Source: Candidatus Latescibacterota bacterium
GTDB lineage: Bacteria > Latescibacterota > UBA2968 > GCA-2709665
Length of the DNA: 64,000 nt
NCBI GenBank assembly: GCA_965219995.1
Contig: CBDCOX010000002.1
Location: forward strand, 3,232,001-3,296,000
Reading direction: 5' to 3'
Of the stretch, positions 45,499 to 54,794 are shown in pieces. Made by a program: the position numbers and the translations under genes. Positions within the stretch are counted from its first letter, which is position 1. Each line of letters begins with the position of its first letter. Below the pieces are notes generated by a model, which did not search any database, was not told where the DNA came from, and worked only from the letters and a program-made list of their open reading frames with translations.

Positions 45499-47079
45499 AT
45501 GACCGAAACGGAAAAATACCTCTTCAATGTTCCACGGAGCGGGTCCAGGGCGCCGATGACCGAGGAGCAGAGGTGGGCCTTCGAGCTCGACGGCTATATC
45601 CTCCTCCCGAGCCTGCTCGGCGCGCCGGCAGCGGCGCACGCCACACCCGCCGCTCTGGCTGAGCATCCGGACTTGCTGGCTGCGATTGATCAGCTGGCTG
45701 GCGGGGAGTTACCGCTGTGGCATCGCGCTGCGTACGACGGTACTGAAGGGAAGGAACAGGAGTTCCACACGATCAAGTTTGAGCTGGACCGGCCGTCGCG
45801 CCGCCTGACCAAAGAGGGGCAGTGGGCCAATGATCTGACGGTGGATGAGCAGCGCCGGCTGGGCTACGACACGACCAGCCGGCCCGACCGGGTGTGCGTC
45901 TGGGGGCTGCGCGCGCTGTGGGCCGTGGGCGACAGCTGCGTGGTGGTGTGCCCTGCGTCGCACAAAGCCAACGTCCAGCCGCCCCCGAGCATGGCGCGCG
46001 CCGAGGAGCTCGGGGCGACGGAGCGCGTGCAGCTCCGCGCTGGCGACTGTCTGCTCGCGGTTGCCACCACGCTGGTCGGCGCCGCCCCAGGCTCCTCGCT
46101 GCAGGAGTGCATCTTTTGCGACGACTCCCGCTACCCTGGGGGGGCCATCGGCCACGGCGCGACGGGTGTGGACAGCTGGCTGGATGAGCTCACGCCGGCG
46201 CGCCGAGCGCTGGTGGCCGGCCCACCACGCGGCCTCGGCCACGACGGCCAGCCCCTCAGCAACGAGCAGCAGCTGGCGCCGTCGCTGCTGGACGTCAACA
46301 CGCGGCCTGACGCTCCGAACCACGAGGAGGTCTGGTTCTGGGACCTGAGAGGCTACCTGGTGCTGCCTGGCGTGATGGACCGTGAGTGGTTAGCGCAGTG
46401 CAATGCAGCGCTCGACTCGCCCTTCGCCGAAGCCAACCGTCGGCCGGTGAGCTTTTCGAGCAGTGTCGTGGGCGAGTACCCGGACTACGAGGGCTGTTCG
46501 CAGACTATTGCCCCGGCCCCGGGCACGCGCTGCACCGAAGAGCGCGTCTCGCAGACCTGGACCCATCCCCCACCCTTCAGCGACGGCTTTCGTCGCATGA
46601 TCGACAATCCGCTCGTGAACGCGCGGCTGAAGTGGATGATTGACCCGGGCTTCGTCATGACGGCGTGCTACACAATCGTCAGCCGCGACGGGGCGGCCGG
46701 CCAGCCTCTACATGGCGGCTGGTTTTACGGCGCCGGCCCTAACTATCATTTCCGGGACGGACAGCCTCGTACGGAGCAGGTGAACATCGGCTGGCTGCTC
46801 CAGGACGTCGAGACGGCGACGGGCGACGGCGGACTGATGTTGGTCCCCGGAAGCCACAAAGCGCGGCTACCGCTGCCGCGCCCGAAGCAAACCAGCTGCG
46901 ACCTGCCGCAGGTCAAGCATATGCAGGGCGTTGCCGGGACGGTGATCATGTACCCAGGCACGACGACGCACGGCGTGCGCAGCTGGCGCAACCCCAATCG
47001 CGAACGGCGCTTCGTCAACACCAAAGCGGGACCCAATATACGGCGGCCGGAGCACGGGGCGGCGCAACCGAGCCCCTGA
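45499..47079 (+). CDS. Two-domain PhyH-like Fe/2OG oxygenase
   Basis: Two PhyH starts (WAFELDGYILL; WFWDLRGYLVL), PASHK/PGSHK, LHGG, THGV..W....ERR. Confidence 0.75.
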   Translation: MTETEKYLFNVPRSGSRAPMTEEQRWAFELDGYILLPSLLGAPAAAHATPAALAEHPDLLAAIDQLAGGELPLWHRAAYDGTEGKEQEFHTIKFELDRPSRRLTKEGQWANDLTVDEQRRLGYDTTSRPDRVCVWGLRALWAVGDSCVVVCPASHKANVQPPPSMARAEELGATERVQLRAGDCLLAVATTLVGAAPGSSLQECIFCDDSRYPGGAIGHGATGVDSWLDELTPARRALVAGPPRGLGHDGQPLSNEQQLAPSLLDVNTRPDAPNHEEVWFWDLRGYLVLPGVMDREWLAQCNAALDSPFAEANRRPVSFSSSVVGEYPDYEGCSQTIAPAPGTRCTEERVSQTWTHPPPFSDGFRRMIDNPLVNARLKWMIDPGFVMTACYTIVSRDGAAGQPLHGGWFYGAGPNYHFRDGQPRTEQVNIGWLLQDVETATGDGGLMLVPGSHKARLPLPRPKQTSCDLPQVKHMQGVAGTVIMYPGTTTHGVRSWRNPNRERRFVNTKAGPNIRRPEHGAAQPSP

Positions 47080-47125
47080 TGACCTCTGGCATTTTGTCGT
47101 GGTTCCTGCCGAAGGATAAAGAAAA

Positions 47126-47962
47126 GTGATACAAGTACAGCCCACCAAAACGCGATTCGTTGATATTCATCACCTGAACTGGGATCTGAAGTGGTCCATC
47201 CAGTTTCCGGAAGTCATCACGTCGATGAATGGTGTGACGATGATGTGGCAGAAGATCTGCCCTCAATGGACCAGGACCGGAGATAACGCGTGGGCATACG
47301 AATGGCAAACGACGCCTGAGTATATCGAGAAGCAACTGGCATACCGTCAAACGGATCCCTCAGGGAAGGTGATTCGACACAACTTCATAACAGGTCTTGT
47401 TCTCAGAGCAGCGTTGTCCGGACGCGAGGACAGCGTCGAATTGACGTTGACCCTCACGAATCAGTCATCCGCGAAATTCTATGACGTCGCTTCCGATGGT
47501 GGATGTCTCCAGGCAAAGTCATCCGATTTCATCGATCAGGATGAAGTCAGACGATCGTACATCCTGGTCAAAGGCAAGCCGGAAAACATGGGCGATCTTC
47601 ACAGAACGGTGGATATTCGGACCGCGTATCATGCGGATCTTACGGACTACGAAAAAGAGTGGGTAAACAGTACCGAGTGGTTCTGGGGAAGAAGCAACAC
47701 GGCCATAGATCAACCGGCCATCCTGGGCGCCGTTTCTCACGACAGGTCCAGGGCAGTGGCGTTGGGATATGAGTGCGCAACTTCGGCTTTGCAGAACGCT
47801 GACGGGCATCATTGCCTGCATAGCAGACCTCATTTTGGTGATATCGAACCGGGGCAGTCAGTGACCCGCAAAGGCTGCATCCTGTTCGGCAGCGAGTTCC
47901 CTTCGCTGGCAAAGCGACTTGGCAAACAACTCACCAGACCGGACACGTCAAAACCTGAATAA
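47126..47962 (+). CDS. Hypothetical protein
   Basis: 278-codon ORF filling the gap between recognised genes; no family recognised. Confidence 0.55.
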   Translation: MIQVQPTKTRFVDIHHLNWDLKWSIQFPEVITSMNGVTMMWQKICPQWTRTGDNAWAYEWQTTPEYIEKQLAYRQTDPSGKVIRHNFITGLVLRAALSGREDSVELTLTLTNQSSAKFYDVASDGGCLQAKSSDFIDQDEVRRSYILVKGKPENMGDLHRTVDIRTAYHADLTDYEKEWVNSTEWFWGRSNTAIDQPAILGAVSHDRSRAVALGYECATSALQNADGHHCLHSRPHFGDIEPGQSVTRKGCILFGSEFPSLAKRLGKQLTRPDTSKPE

Positions 47963-48064
47963 TTCACAAAAATGGAATCGTTTCCTTTCCCAAGTCACTA
48001 AACGACCCTGTTCCGGCGCACTCTAGGCGGAGAAGCTCGGATATGGGGTTCTGGAGAGTTGAAA

Positions 48065-48256
48065 ATGAGAAATGAATTCACGGCAGTGATCGAACAAGAC
48101 GACGAATGGACAATTGCCTATTGCCCTGAGATCACGGGCGCCAATGGACAGGGCAAGACCAAGGATGAAGCCCTTGAAAGCTTGCGAGATGCGATATCGC
48201 TTATCCTCAAGGATCGTCGGGAGGATGGACTTCGCGCCTCAAAACAAAGTTCTTGA
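48065..48256 (+). CDS. hicB: Orphan HicB-like antitoxin, possibly 3'-truncated
   Basis: EFTAVIEQDDEW.IAYCPEI.GANGQGKT.DEA..SL.DAI.LIL.DRREDGLR; no adjacent hicA seen. Confidence 0.7.
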   Translation: MRNEFTAVIEQDDEWTIAYCPEITGANGQGKTKDEALESLRDAISLILKDRREDGLRASKQSS

Positions 48257-48390
48257 TGAAATGGAGTCCGCGTCGTATATTTCGAATCGACAGACAACGG
48301 GTCGCCAACGTCCCGCCGACGCAAATTTCGCAAAAACGGCCTTTCAATCGGAGGATTTTCGGTATTTAGGTAATCCGACATTGCGATAGT

Positions 48391-48543
48391 AATTCCGGAT
48401 TCAGGTTACAAAACAGGGAAAACGGTGAAAATCCGTTGCGGTCCCGCCGCTGTAACTGGGGATGTTTCTCGCAACGACGCCACTGGTTAACTACCGGGAA
48501 GGCGCGGGAAACAGGTGATCCAGGAGCCAGAAGACCTGCCTGA
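48391..48543 (+). ncRNA. Cobalamin (AdoCbl) riboswitch
   Basis: AGGT..AGGGAA..CGGTGAAAATCCG..GTCCCGCCGCTGTAA..GCCACTG..CGGGAAGGC..B12 box AGCCAGAAGACCTGCC, upstream of B12 uptake/salvage genes. Confidence 0.93.
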
Positions 48544-48623
48544 GTCTCAGACCATATGTTTTTCCTCGTGGATTTGGGAAACGGTGACACAAACGCGTGC
48601 TTCGGCCGCGTGGTTGGTTATGA

Positions 48624-48658
48624 CCCTGATTTCCGCCAGGAAATCGGGGATTTTTTTT
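48624..48658 (+). terminator. Intrinsic terminator, probable riboswitch expression platform
   Basis: CCCTGATTTCC-gcca-GGAAATCGGGG followed by A and T8. Confidence 0.7.
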
Positions 48659-48844
48659 AAGGCGGGGAGAGGTGAGACGGGAGAGGTGAGAGGAAAACCC
48701 TGCTCCACCGGATCACCGAATAAAGCGAGATGTGAATCGTACAAGGGGCAGGTTACGGTTTGCGCCATGTAATTGGCTACGAATGACCTGAAGTCTCTCC
48801 TGGAGCTATTGAGGGTCGAATGCGGATCGTTGGAGGCTGATTTA

Positions 48845-49969
48845 ATGTTGGATTTCAGATTCTGGACACGATTGCTCTGTTGCATCGGCATGTGCGGGAC
48901 GGCGGTACCCGTTAGCGCGGAAGTGTCATTGCGATACGCCGAGGGGTTTCGCGTTGACTATTTCGACGGGTACAAGGTCGCGACCGTCCTGGCGCCGGGG
49001 ACGGGCGCGAGGGATACGCTTCGGTACGTCCTGGTATCGCGCGACGGGAAATCGCCGGATGGTTATGCAGGGGCGCCGAGGATACGGATTCCCGTGAGGT
49101 CGCTGATCACCACGTCCACAACGCACCTGCCGCATATCGAAAAACTGGACGAGATTCAATGCCTCGTTGCGGTGGACAACGTCAAATTCGTCAACTCGAA
49201 GGCCGTCAGACAGCGGTTCGCGGCAGGGAAAATAGAGGAAGTCGGCAGGGGAAGGTCGATCGATTTGGAGCGGGTTCTCGTACTCCAGCCCGAACTCGTC
49301 ATCATCGACGCGCCGTCGCAGGACAACGCATTCCATTCGCTTCAGCAGGCGGGCGTGGCCGCCGTGGTGAATGCCGCCTATGCCGAACCGACGCTGCTCG
49401 GGCGCGTGGAGTGGCTCAAATTCATGGGCGCCTTTTTCAACAAGGAAGCAATGGCCGCCGCGCAATTCGACAGTATCGCGGCCAGGTACGAGGTGCTCAG
49501 ATCGTTGACCGGGAATGTGCCGCGCCAAGAGAAGCCGACCGTTTTCGTGGGATCCCTGTGGCGCGGGACGTGGTTTATGTCCGGCGGCAAGTCCTATCCC
49601 TCGCAACTGCTCGAGGACGCCGGCGCGAATTACCTGTGGGGAGACAATGAATCGCGACGGAGTTTGTCGCTGGACTTCGAAGCGGTTTACGAAATAGCGC
49701 ACAATGGCGATTTCTGGATCACCATGAGGAACGAATGGCTATCCATAGACAACGTCGTCGCGGAAGATGAACGATACGGGCAATTCAAGGCGGTCAGAAC
49801 GGGGAACGTCTTCAACGCCAACGCGAGGCTCAACGCAAATGGCGGCAACGATTATTGGGAAACCGGCCTGATCGAGCCGGACGTTCTTCTGGCCGACATC
49901 ATTAAGATCCTGCATCCCGACCTGCTGCACGATCACCAGCTCAAATATTATCGAAAGCTGGATCCATAG
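48845..49969 (+). CDS. Cobalamin/iron-chelate ABC substrate-binding protein (BtuF-like)
   Basis: Signal peptide; YAEGF, IPVR....STTH, EPTLLGRVEWLKF, DAGANY, NDYWE.G...PD..LAD. Confidence 0.85.
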   Translation: MLDFRFWTRLLCCIGMCGTAVPVSAEVSLRYAEGFRVDYFDGYKVATVLAPGTGARDTLRYVLVSRDGKSPDGYAGAPRIRIPVRSLITTSTTHLPHIEKLDEIQCLVAVDNVKFVNSKAVRQRFAAGKIEEVGRGRSIDLERVLVLQPELVIIDAPSQDNAFHSLQQAGVAAVVNAAYAEPTLLGRVEWLKFMGAFFNKEAMAAAQFDSIAARYEVLRSLTGNVPRQEKPTVFVGSLWRGTWFMSGGKSYPSQLLEDAGANYLWGDNESRRSLSLDFEAVYEIAHNGDFWITMRNEWLSIDNVVAEDERYGQFKAVRTGNVFNANARLNANGGNDYWETGLIEPDVLLADIIKILHPDLLHDHQLKYYRKLDP

Positions 49970-49972
49970 CCT

Positions 49973-52168
49973 ATGCGAATCATGCGATCCCTGATATTCC
50001 TGACTCTCTGTGCAAGTACGCCGCTTCAGGCAGCGGAGATTACGGGCCGCGTCATCGATGCGGACACCCAAATGCCCGTCGCCGATGCGCGCGTTCGCGT
50101 TCTCAACGCCGACCTCGCGGCGGTGACGGATGACCGCGGTCATTTTTTCATTCGCGACCTCGCGGCCGGCATCCATACGCTCGCCATCACGCACATCGCG
50201 TATCGGTCCGGGCAACGCAGGGTCCACGTGAGTGACGAGATTTACGTTGCCATCGAGCTGACGCCGCGGGCGTTTCCCCTCGATGAGTTCCCCGTGATTG
50301 CCGATCCGACGGGACCCGGCGACATCCACAGAAGTCCGGCCTATGCCACCGTGATCACGCGCGAGAGCTTCGAGGGAAGAGAGACGACCCTTCCGGACGT
50401 CCTGGCCGAGGCCACGGGCGTACACGTCAAGCGCCTGGGCGGGCTGGGCGCATTCAGCACGATTTCCCTACGGGGTTCGTCCGCCGATCAGGTCGAAGTG
50501 TATCTCGACGGCGTTCTTTTAAATGCCGCCTTCGGCGGGGGCGTGGACCTCGGCAACCTGCCGCTCGCGCACGTCGGGCAGATCGAAGTGTATCGAGGCG
50601 CGGGCGCCCGGGGCAACGGCCTGGGCGGGGCGGTGCACGTACGCACGCGTCCCACGCAGGCACCGTGGCGCCATGACGTTCGCGGTTCGTGGGGGGCTTT
50701 CGACACACGGTTGATGAGCGGCATGATCGCGGGCGGGCTCGGGCGGTCGGAGTTTCTTGCCGTGGCCGACTATGCGCAAAGCGACAACGATTTCGGATTT
50801 CTGGACGACAATGGAACCGAATACAATGCCGATGACGACGTCTGGTCCAGGCGCCGGAACAACCACCACCGGTCCCTCAATCTGCTGGGGAAATGGCGAC
50901 GCGCGCTCGGGGAAAACAGCGAAGTGTCCCTCCACGAGACGATGTACTGGAAGGACCAGGGCATGCCGGGCATCAGTAACAATCAATCGCGGAATGCACA
51001 GTTGGATGCCTTCCGGACGATGACGGAGATCACATACGAGAATCGGGCGCTGGCGGGTGCCATGAGTACGCGCCAGTCGTTTTACGTCACACACACCAGG
51101 GAGCGATTCCGCGATCCCGACGGCGAAGTTGGGATTGGAAGGCAGGATAACGAATATCGCACGCGCACGTATGGATGGCGGGGCCGCATCAGAACCGTTC
51201 TGCTGTCCCGATGCGATGTCTCGGCGGCGACCGGCGTCCGCAGAGAGTCCTACTTCCCGACTACGCGCATCCGCAACATCGCGAATTTCTTCGACAGCCG
51301 GCGATGGGTCGTATCCGCACGTTCGGGCGCAGACGTTACCCTGCCGGGGATATCCGGCGTCTGGTCTCTTAATGCCGAACACCGGCTCATCCACAGTTCG
51401 TTTACGGGAGCCAATCCATTCGATTTTTCGCCGCTTGCGCCCGATTCGGCGAATACCCGCAATCTAACGAGCGTTCGTACGGGCGTTCGACTGGATCTGA
51501 CGTCCCGCCTTGCGTTCAAGGCCAATGCAGGGCGCGTATTCCGGATTCCCTCGTTCTTCGAGCTCTTCGGCGACCGCGGCGGCGTGGTAGGCAACGTCAA
51601 TCTCCGGCCGGAATGCGGTTTTGCGTTGGACGGGGGCCTGCGCTGGTCCGGCGAGGCGAACTCGTTGGAGTTTGCGGTTTTCGATCACCGCTATGAAGAC
51701 CTGATCCAGTTTGTCCACACGTCGCAAGCCACGTCTCGCCCCGTAAACATCGGCAGCGCCCGGGTGTACGGGATCGAAATCTCCGCGCAAAGACGCCTCG
51801 GTCGCTACGTCAACGTCTCCGGAAATTACACGTATCAGGATGCCAGAAACCGATCGGAAATCCCCTACCTGTCCGGCAACGTACTGCCCAATCGACCGCC
51901 CCACGCGCTGTTCGTCCGTGCGACGGCGCAACTGGGACGCTTTACCGCCGCGTATGACTACAGCCTGGAGGACGGCAGCTTTCTCGATCAGTCGAACCGG
52001 CGCCCCCTTTCGTCACGGCACATTCACAACGCCGGCGTGAAACTGAATACCGGACGGCGGTTCCAAATCGGAATGGAGGCAAAGAATATCGCCGGCGCCC
52101 AAGTTGCCGATACATGGGGCTATCCGTTACCCGGGCGCGCGTTTTTCGTGAGCGTGAATACGGAATAG
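49973..52168 (+). CDS. TonB-dependent receptor (BtuB-like) with N-terminal carboxypeptidase-regulatory-like domain
   Basis: GRVIDA.T..PV.DA; plug ISLRGS..QVEVYLDGV, IEVYRG; FR.PSF.EL, GN.NLRPE; YPLPGR. Confidence 0.88.
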   Translation: MRIMRSLIFLTLCASTPLQAAEITGRVIDADTQMPVADARVRVLNADLAAVTDDRGHFFIRDLAAGIHTLAITHIAYRSGQRRVHVSDEIYVAIELTPRAFPLDEFPVIADPTGPGDIHRSPAYATVITRESFEGRETTLPDVLAEATGVHVKRLGGLGAFSTISLRGSSADQVEVYLDGVLLNAAFGGGVDLGNLPLAHVGQIEVYRGAGARGNGLGGAVHVRTRPTQAPWRHDVRGSWGAFDTRLMSGMIAGGLGRSEFLAVADYAQSDNDFGFLDDNGTEYNADDDVWSRRRNNHHRSLNLLGKWRRALGENSEVSLHETMYWKDQGMPGISNNQSRNAQLDAFRTMTEITYENRALAGAMSTRQSFYVTHTRERFRDPDGEVGIGRQDNEYRTRTYGWRGRIRTVLLSRCDVSAATGVRRESYFPTTRIRNIANFFDSRRWVVSARSGADVTLPGISGVWSLNAEHRLIHSSFTGANPFDFSPLAPDSANTRNLTSVRTGVRLDLTSRLAFKANAGRVFRIPSFFELFGDRGGVVGNVNLRPECGFALDGGLRWSGEANSLEFAVFDHRYEDLIQFVHTSQATSRPVNIGSARVYGIEISAQRRLGRYVNVSGNYTYQDARNRSEIPYLSGNVLPNRPPHALFVRATAQLGRFTAAYDYSLEDGSFLDQSNRRPLSSRHIHNAGVKLNTGRRFQIGMEAKNIAGAQVADTWGYPLPGRAFFVSVNTE

Positions 52169-52301
52169 GAAACCGGGATCCGGCGAGCGCAGGACCGGAA
52201 GGCGCATCCCCCGCTTTTTGTCCGAAGCCTTCTTAACCTTGATTCGTGAAGAATAACACCAGGGTAGCACTCCTTTACACATTTCCCGACGGGAGGTTTG
52301 A

Positions 52302-53543
52302 ATGAGGTGGTTTCTGCTGGTTCTGTTCCTTGCAACCGATGTACTGGCGAATCAGGCGGTGATGACGACGACGGATTACGCCACGGGTGGACTTTCGAGC
52401 CTGGACCTCGACACAAATACGGCTGTAAACGACCATCTGACGATTCATTCAGACGCGGTGGTTCGCACGTATCGAGACAAGGTGTATGTACTCAACCGCC
52501 TTGGGCAGGATAACGTCATTGTTCTGAGCGGGGATGATTTACAGACGCCACTGACGCAGTATTCCACGGGAAACGGCACGAATCCCCACGACATCGCGTT
52601 TGTCAGCGAGGAGAAGGCGTATATTTCGCGATATGGCCGAACCCATCTCCTCGTCGTCAATCCCGTCACGGGCGATTCGCTGGGTACGGTCGATCTTTCG
52701 ACGTTTGCGGATGCCGACGGCCTTCCCGAAACCTCTCAACTCGCCGTGCACGGCGCGCATCTGTTCGCGGCGTGTCATCGTCTTGACAGGGAGAACGGAT
52801 GGGTCCCGACCGAATTTTCGGCGATTGCCGTCGTGGACGTGACATCCGACCAACTCGTGGACGTGGACCCGGACGCTGAGGGCATGCAGGGGATTGTCAT
52901 GACCGGCAGCAATCCCTCAGGGGCGGTGCTGCGGGGCAGCAGGTGGTATTTGAGCGCCGTCAATACGTACACCGATTTGACCGACGGCGGCATCGAGGTG
53001 ATCGATCTGGCGAACTTGCGAAGCGAAGGAATCGTGCTCGATGGGACGACCGTGGGCGGCAATCCGGGTTCGCTGGTGATGACTTCCGAGAGTGACGGGT
53101 ATGCCGTCATTACCGACGAGAATTTCGTGAATTCCGTCAAACGCCTGGATCTGGCGACGCAGTCGGTGTCCCCGGGCCTGGAGGGGCTCTCTGGCGGATT
53201 TGTGCCCAGTCTGGGCCTGTTCGGCACGCGGCTGTTTGTTCTGGATCAGGGGAGTTTCGGCGATCCGGCCTCCGCCGGCGTGAAGGTCTACGACGTGAAT
53301 TCGAACGACCTTCTGGCCGGTCCGATCAGCATGGGCCTGCCGCCGTCGAGCATTGCGTTCCTGGGCAGTGTGGCGGATTTCAATGGCGATTGTATTGTGG
53401 ATTTCAGCGATTTCGTGGCATTCGCCTCCACGTTTGGCGGAACCGTCTCTGACGATGATTTCGATCCCAGATTCGATCTGAGTGGAAACGGAGAGGTCGA
53501 TTTCCAGGATTTCCTGATCTTCGCTTCCGAATTCGGGCGATGA
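52302..53543 (+). CDS. Secreted YncE/BtuG-like beta-propeller with C-terminal dockerin/EF-hand-like pair
   Basis: Signal peptide; VYVLNR, NPHDIAFVSEEKAYI, GGIEVID; tail ADFNGDCIVDFSDFVAFA...DLSGNGEVDFQDFLIFA. Confidence 0.7.
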   Translation: MRWFLLVLFLATDVLANQAVMTTTDYATGGLSSLDLDTNTAVNDHLTIHSDAVVRTYRDKVYVLNRLGQDNVIVLSGDDLQTPLTQYSTGNGTNPHDIAFVSEEKAYISRYGRTHLLVVNPVTGDSLGTVDLSTFADADGLPETSQLAVHGAHLFAACHRLDRENGWVPTEFSAIAVVDVTSDQLVDVDPDAEGMQGIVMTGSNPSGAVLRGSRWYLSAVNTYTDLTDGGIEVIDLANLRSEGIVLDGTTVGGNPGSLVMTSESDGYAVITDENFVNSVKRLDLATQSVSPGLEGLSGGFVPSLGLFGTRLFVLDQGSFGDPASAGVKVYDVNSNDLLAGPISMGLPPSSIAFLGSVADFNGDCIVDFSDFVAFASTFGGTVSDDDFDPRFDLSGNGEVDFQDFLIFASEFGR

Positions 53544-53547
53544 GAGT

Positions 53548-53664
53548 CGGTGAGTCACGTAAGACGTGAGACGATAGATGAATTCGGGGAGATGTGGATG
53601 TTGAGTTTGAAGTTGATTTTTGTCGTTGCTTCAAGCTGACTGCTGAACGCTGAGAGCTGATAGC
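53548..53664. repeat. Heptamer repeat tracts between operon genes
   Basis: CGGTGAGTCACGTAAGACGTGAGACGATAGATG and GCTGACTGCTGAACGCTGAGAGCTGATAGC. Confidence 0.55.
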
Positions 53665-53669
53665 TTCTT

Positions 53670-54794
53670 ATGGATGAATATCTGGATCGCCACGAACACT
53701 ACGATCTGACGCGCGACGGCCGTTTTCTGATCGCCGAGCTGCGGTCGCCCCACCAGGTGCTGAGTACGTCGGCGCATCGCGGCGGCTTGTACACGGGCAT
53801 CCGCTTTCTGGTGAATCACCAGAGTTGCGAGGGAACCGGGCACGATGCGCGATTCGCGTTGATGAGGAAACTCGGCCAGGCGGGCTATCACCGCCGCGTC
53901 TGCGCGGAACGCGGCCTGCCCCCCGATGGGGTCGCGATGATGGGTACGGCCGCGAACATGAACTGCGCGGCGCATGTCGTGAAAACCCATGCCGAATTGC
54001 GCGTGTGCGCGGTTGTGACGGCGGGCGTGGAGGGCAACGCGGGTTGTGCGGGCGATCCGGCAACCTGGCATGAAGAGGATGAAAAATGGATCGAAACGCA
54101 TCCGAACGCGGGTACGATCAACACCATGCTACTCATCAATTGGCCGCTCACGCCGGGCGCGATGGCGCGGGCGGCGATCACGATGACCGAGGGCAAGTCC
54201 GCCGCGCTGCGCGACCTCGCTGTGTCGAGTCGGTATTCTCGCGACCTCGCCACGGGCACCGGCACCGATCAGTACTGTATTGCCGCGCCATTGGACGAAA
54301 CGAGAACGTCGAAGACCAACACGGGCCACCACTCGAAATTGGGGGAATTGATCGGCACGGCGGTACGCGAAGCCACACGCGAGGCGCTGCGATGGCAGAA
54401 CGGTCTCGAGCCGTCCCAGACGAGAAGCCTCTTCCATGCGCTGATGCGGTACGGGTTCCGCCGCGACCGGTTCCTGGCGGCGATGCATAAGCGTCTGACG
54501 GAAGCCGATTGCGCCCTGCTGGAAAAAAACCTCAAGTCCGTTGTATACGAACCGCGGGTGTCGGCGGCGGCATACGCGTTCGCGGCGATTTGGGACCGTG
54601 TGCGATGCGGCGCGATTCCTTATTCGCTGGCCGAACCGGTATTCCGGCAGCAGGCCGCGACATTGGCGTCCTCGCTCGCAGCGAGACCGGGGGAGTGGCC
54701 GGCCTGTCACGAACAGCTCCGCGCCAGCGACGACAATCCCCTGGAACTCGTCTTCGATGCCCTTGCGCTGGGTTGGCGTCTGAAATGGACCTGA
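53670..54794 (+). CDS. cbiZ: Adenosylcobinamide amidohydrolase
   Basis: VLSTS...GG, MGTAANM, VTAGVEGNA, GTINT, TEGKSAAL..L, ATGTGTD, GHHSKLGELIG. Confidence 0.88.
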   Translation: MDEYLDRHEHYDLTRDGRFLIAELRSPHQVLSTSAHRGGLYTGIRFLVNHQSCEGTGHDARFALMRKLGQAGYHRRVCAERGLPPDGVAMMGTAANMNCAAHVVKTHAELRVCAVVTAGVEGNAGCAGDPATWHEEDEKWIETHPNAGTINTMLLINWPLTPGAMARAAITMTEGKSAALRDLAVSSRYSRDLATGTGTDQYCIAAPLDETRTSKTNTGHHSKLGELIGTAVREATREALRWQNGLEPSQTRSLFHALMRYGFRRDRFLAAMHKRLTEADCALLEKNLKSVVYEPRVSAAAYAFAAIWDRVRCGAIPYSLAEPVFRQQAATLASSLAARPGEWPACHEQLRASDDNPLELVFDALALGWRLKWT

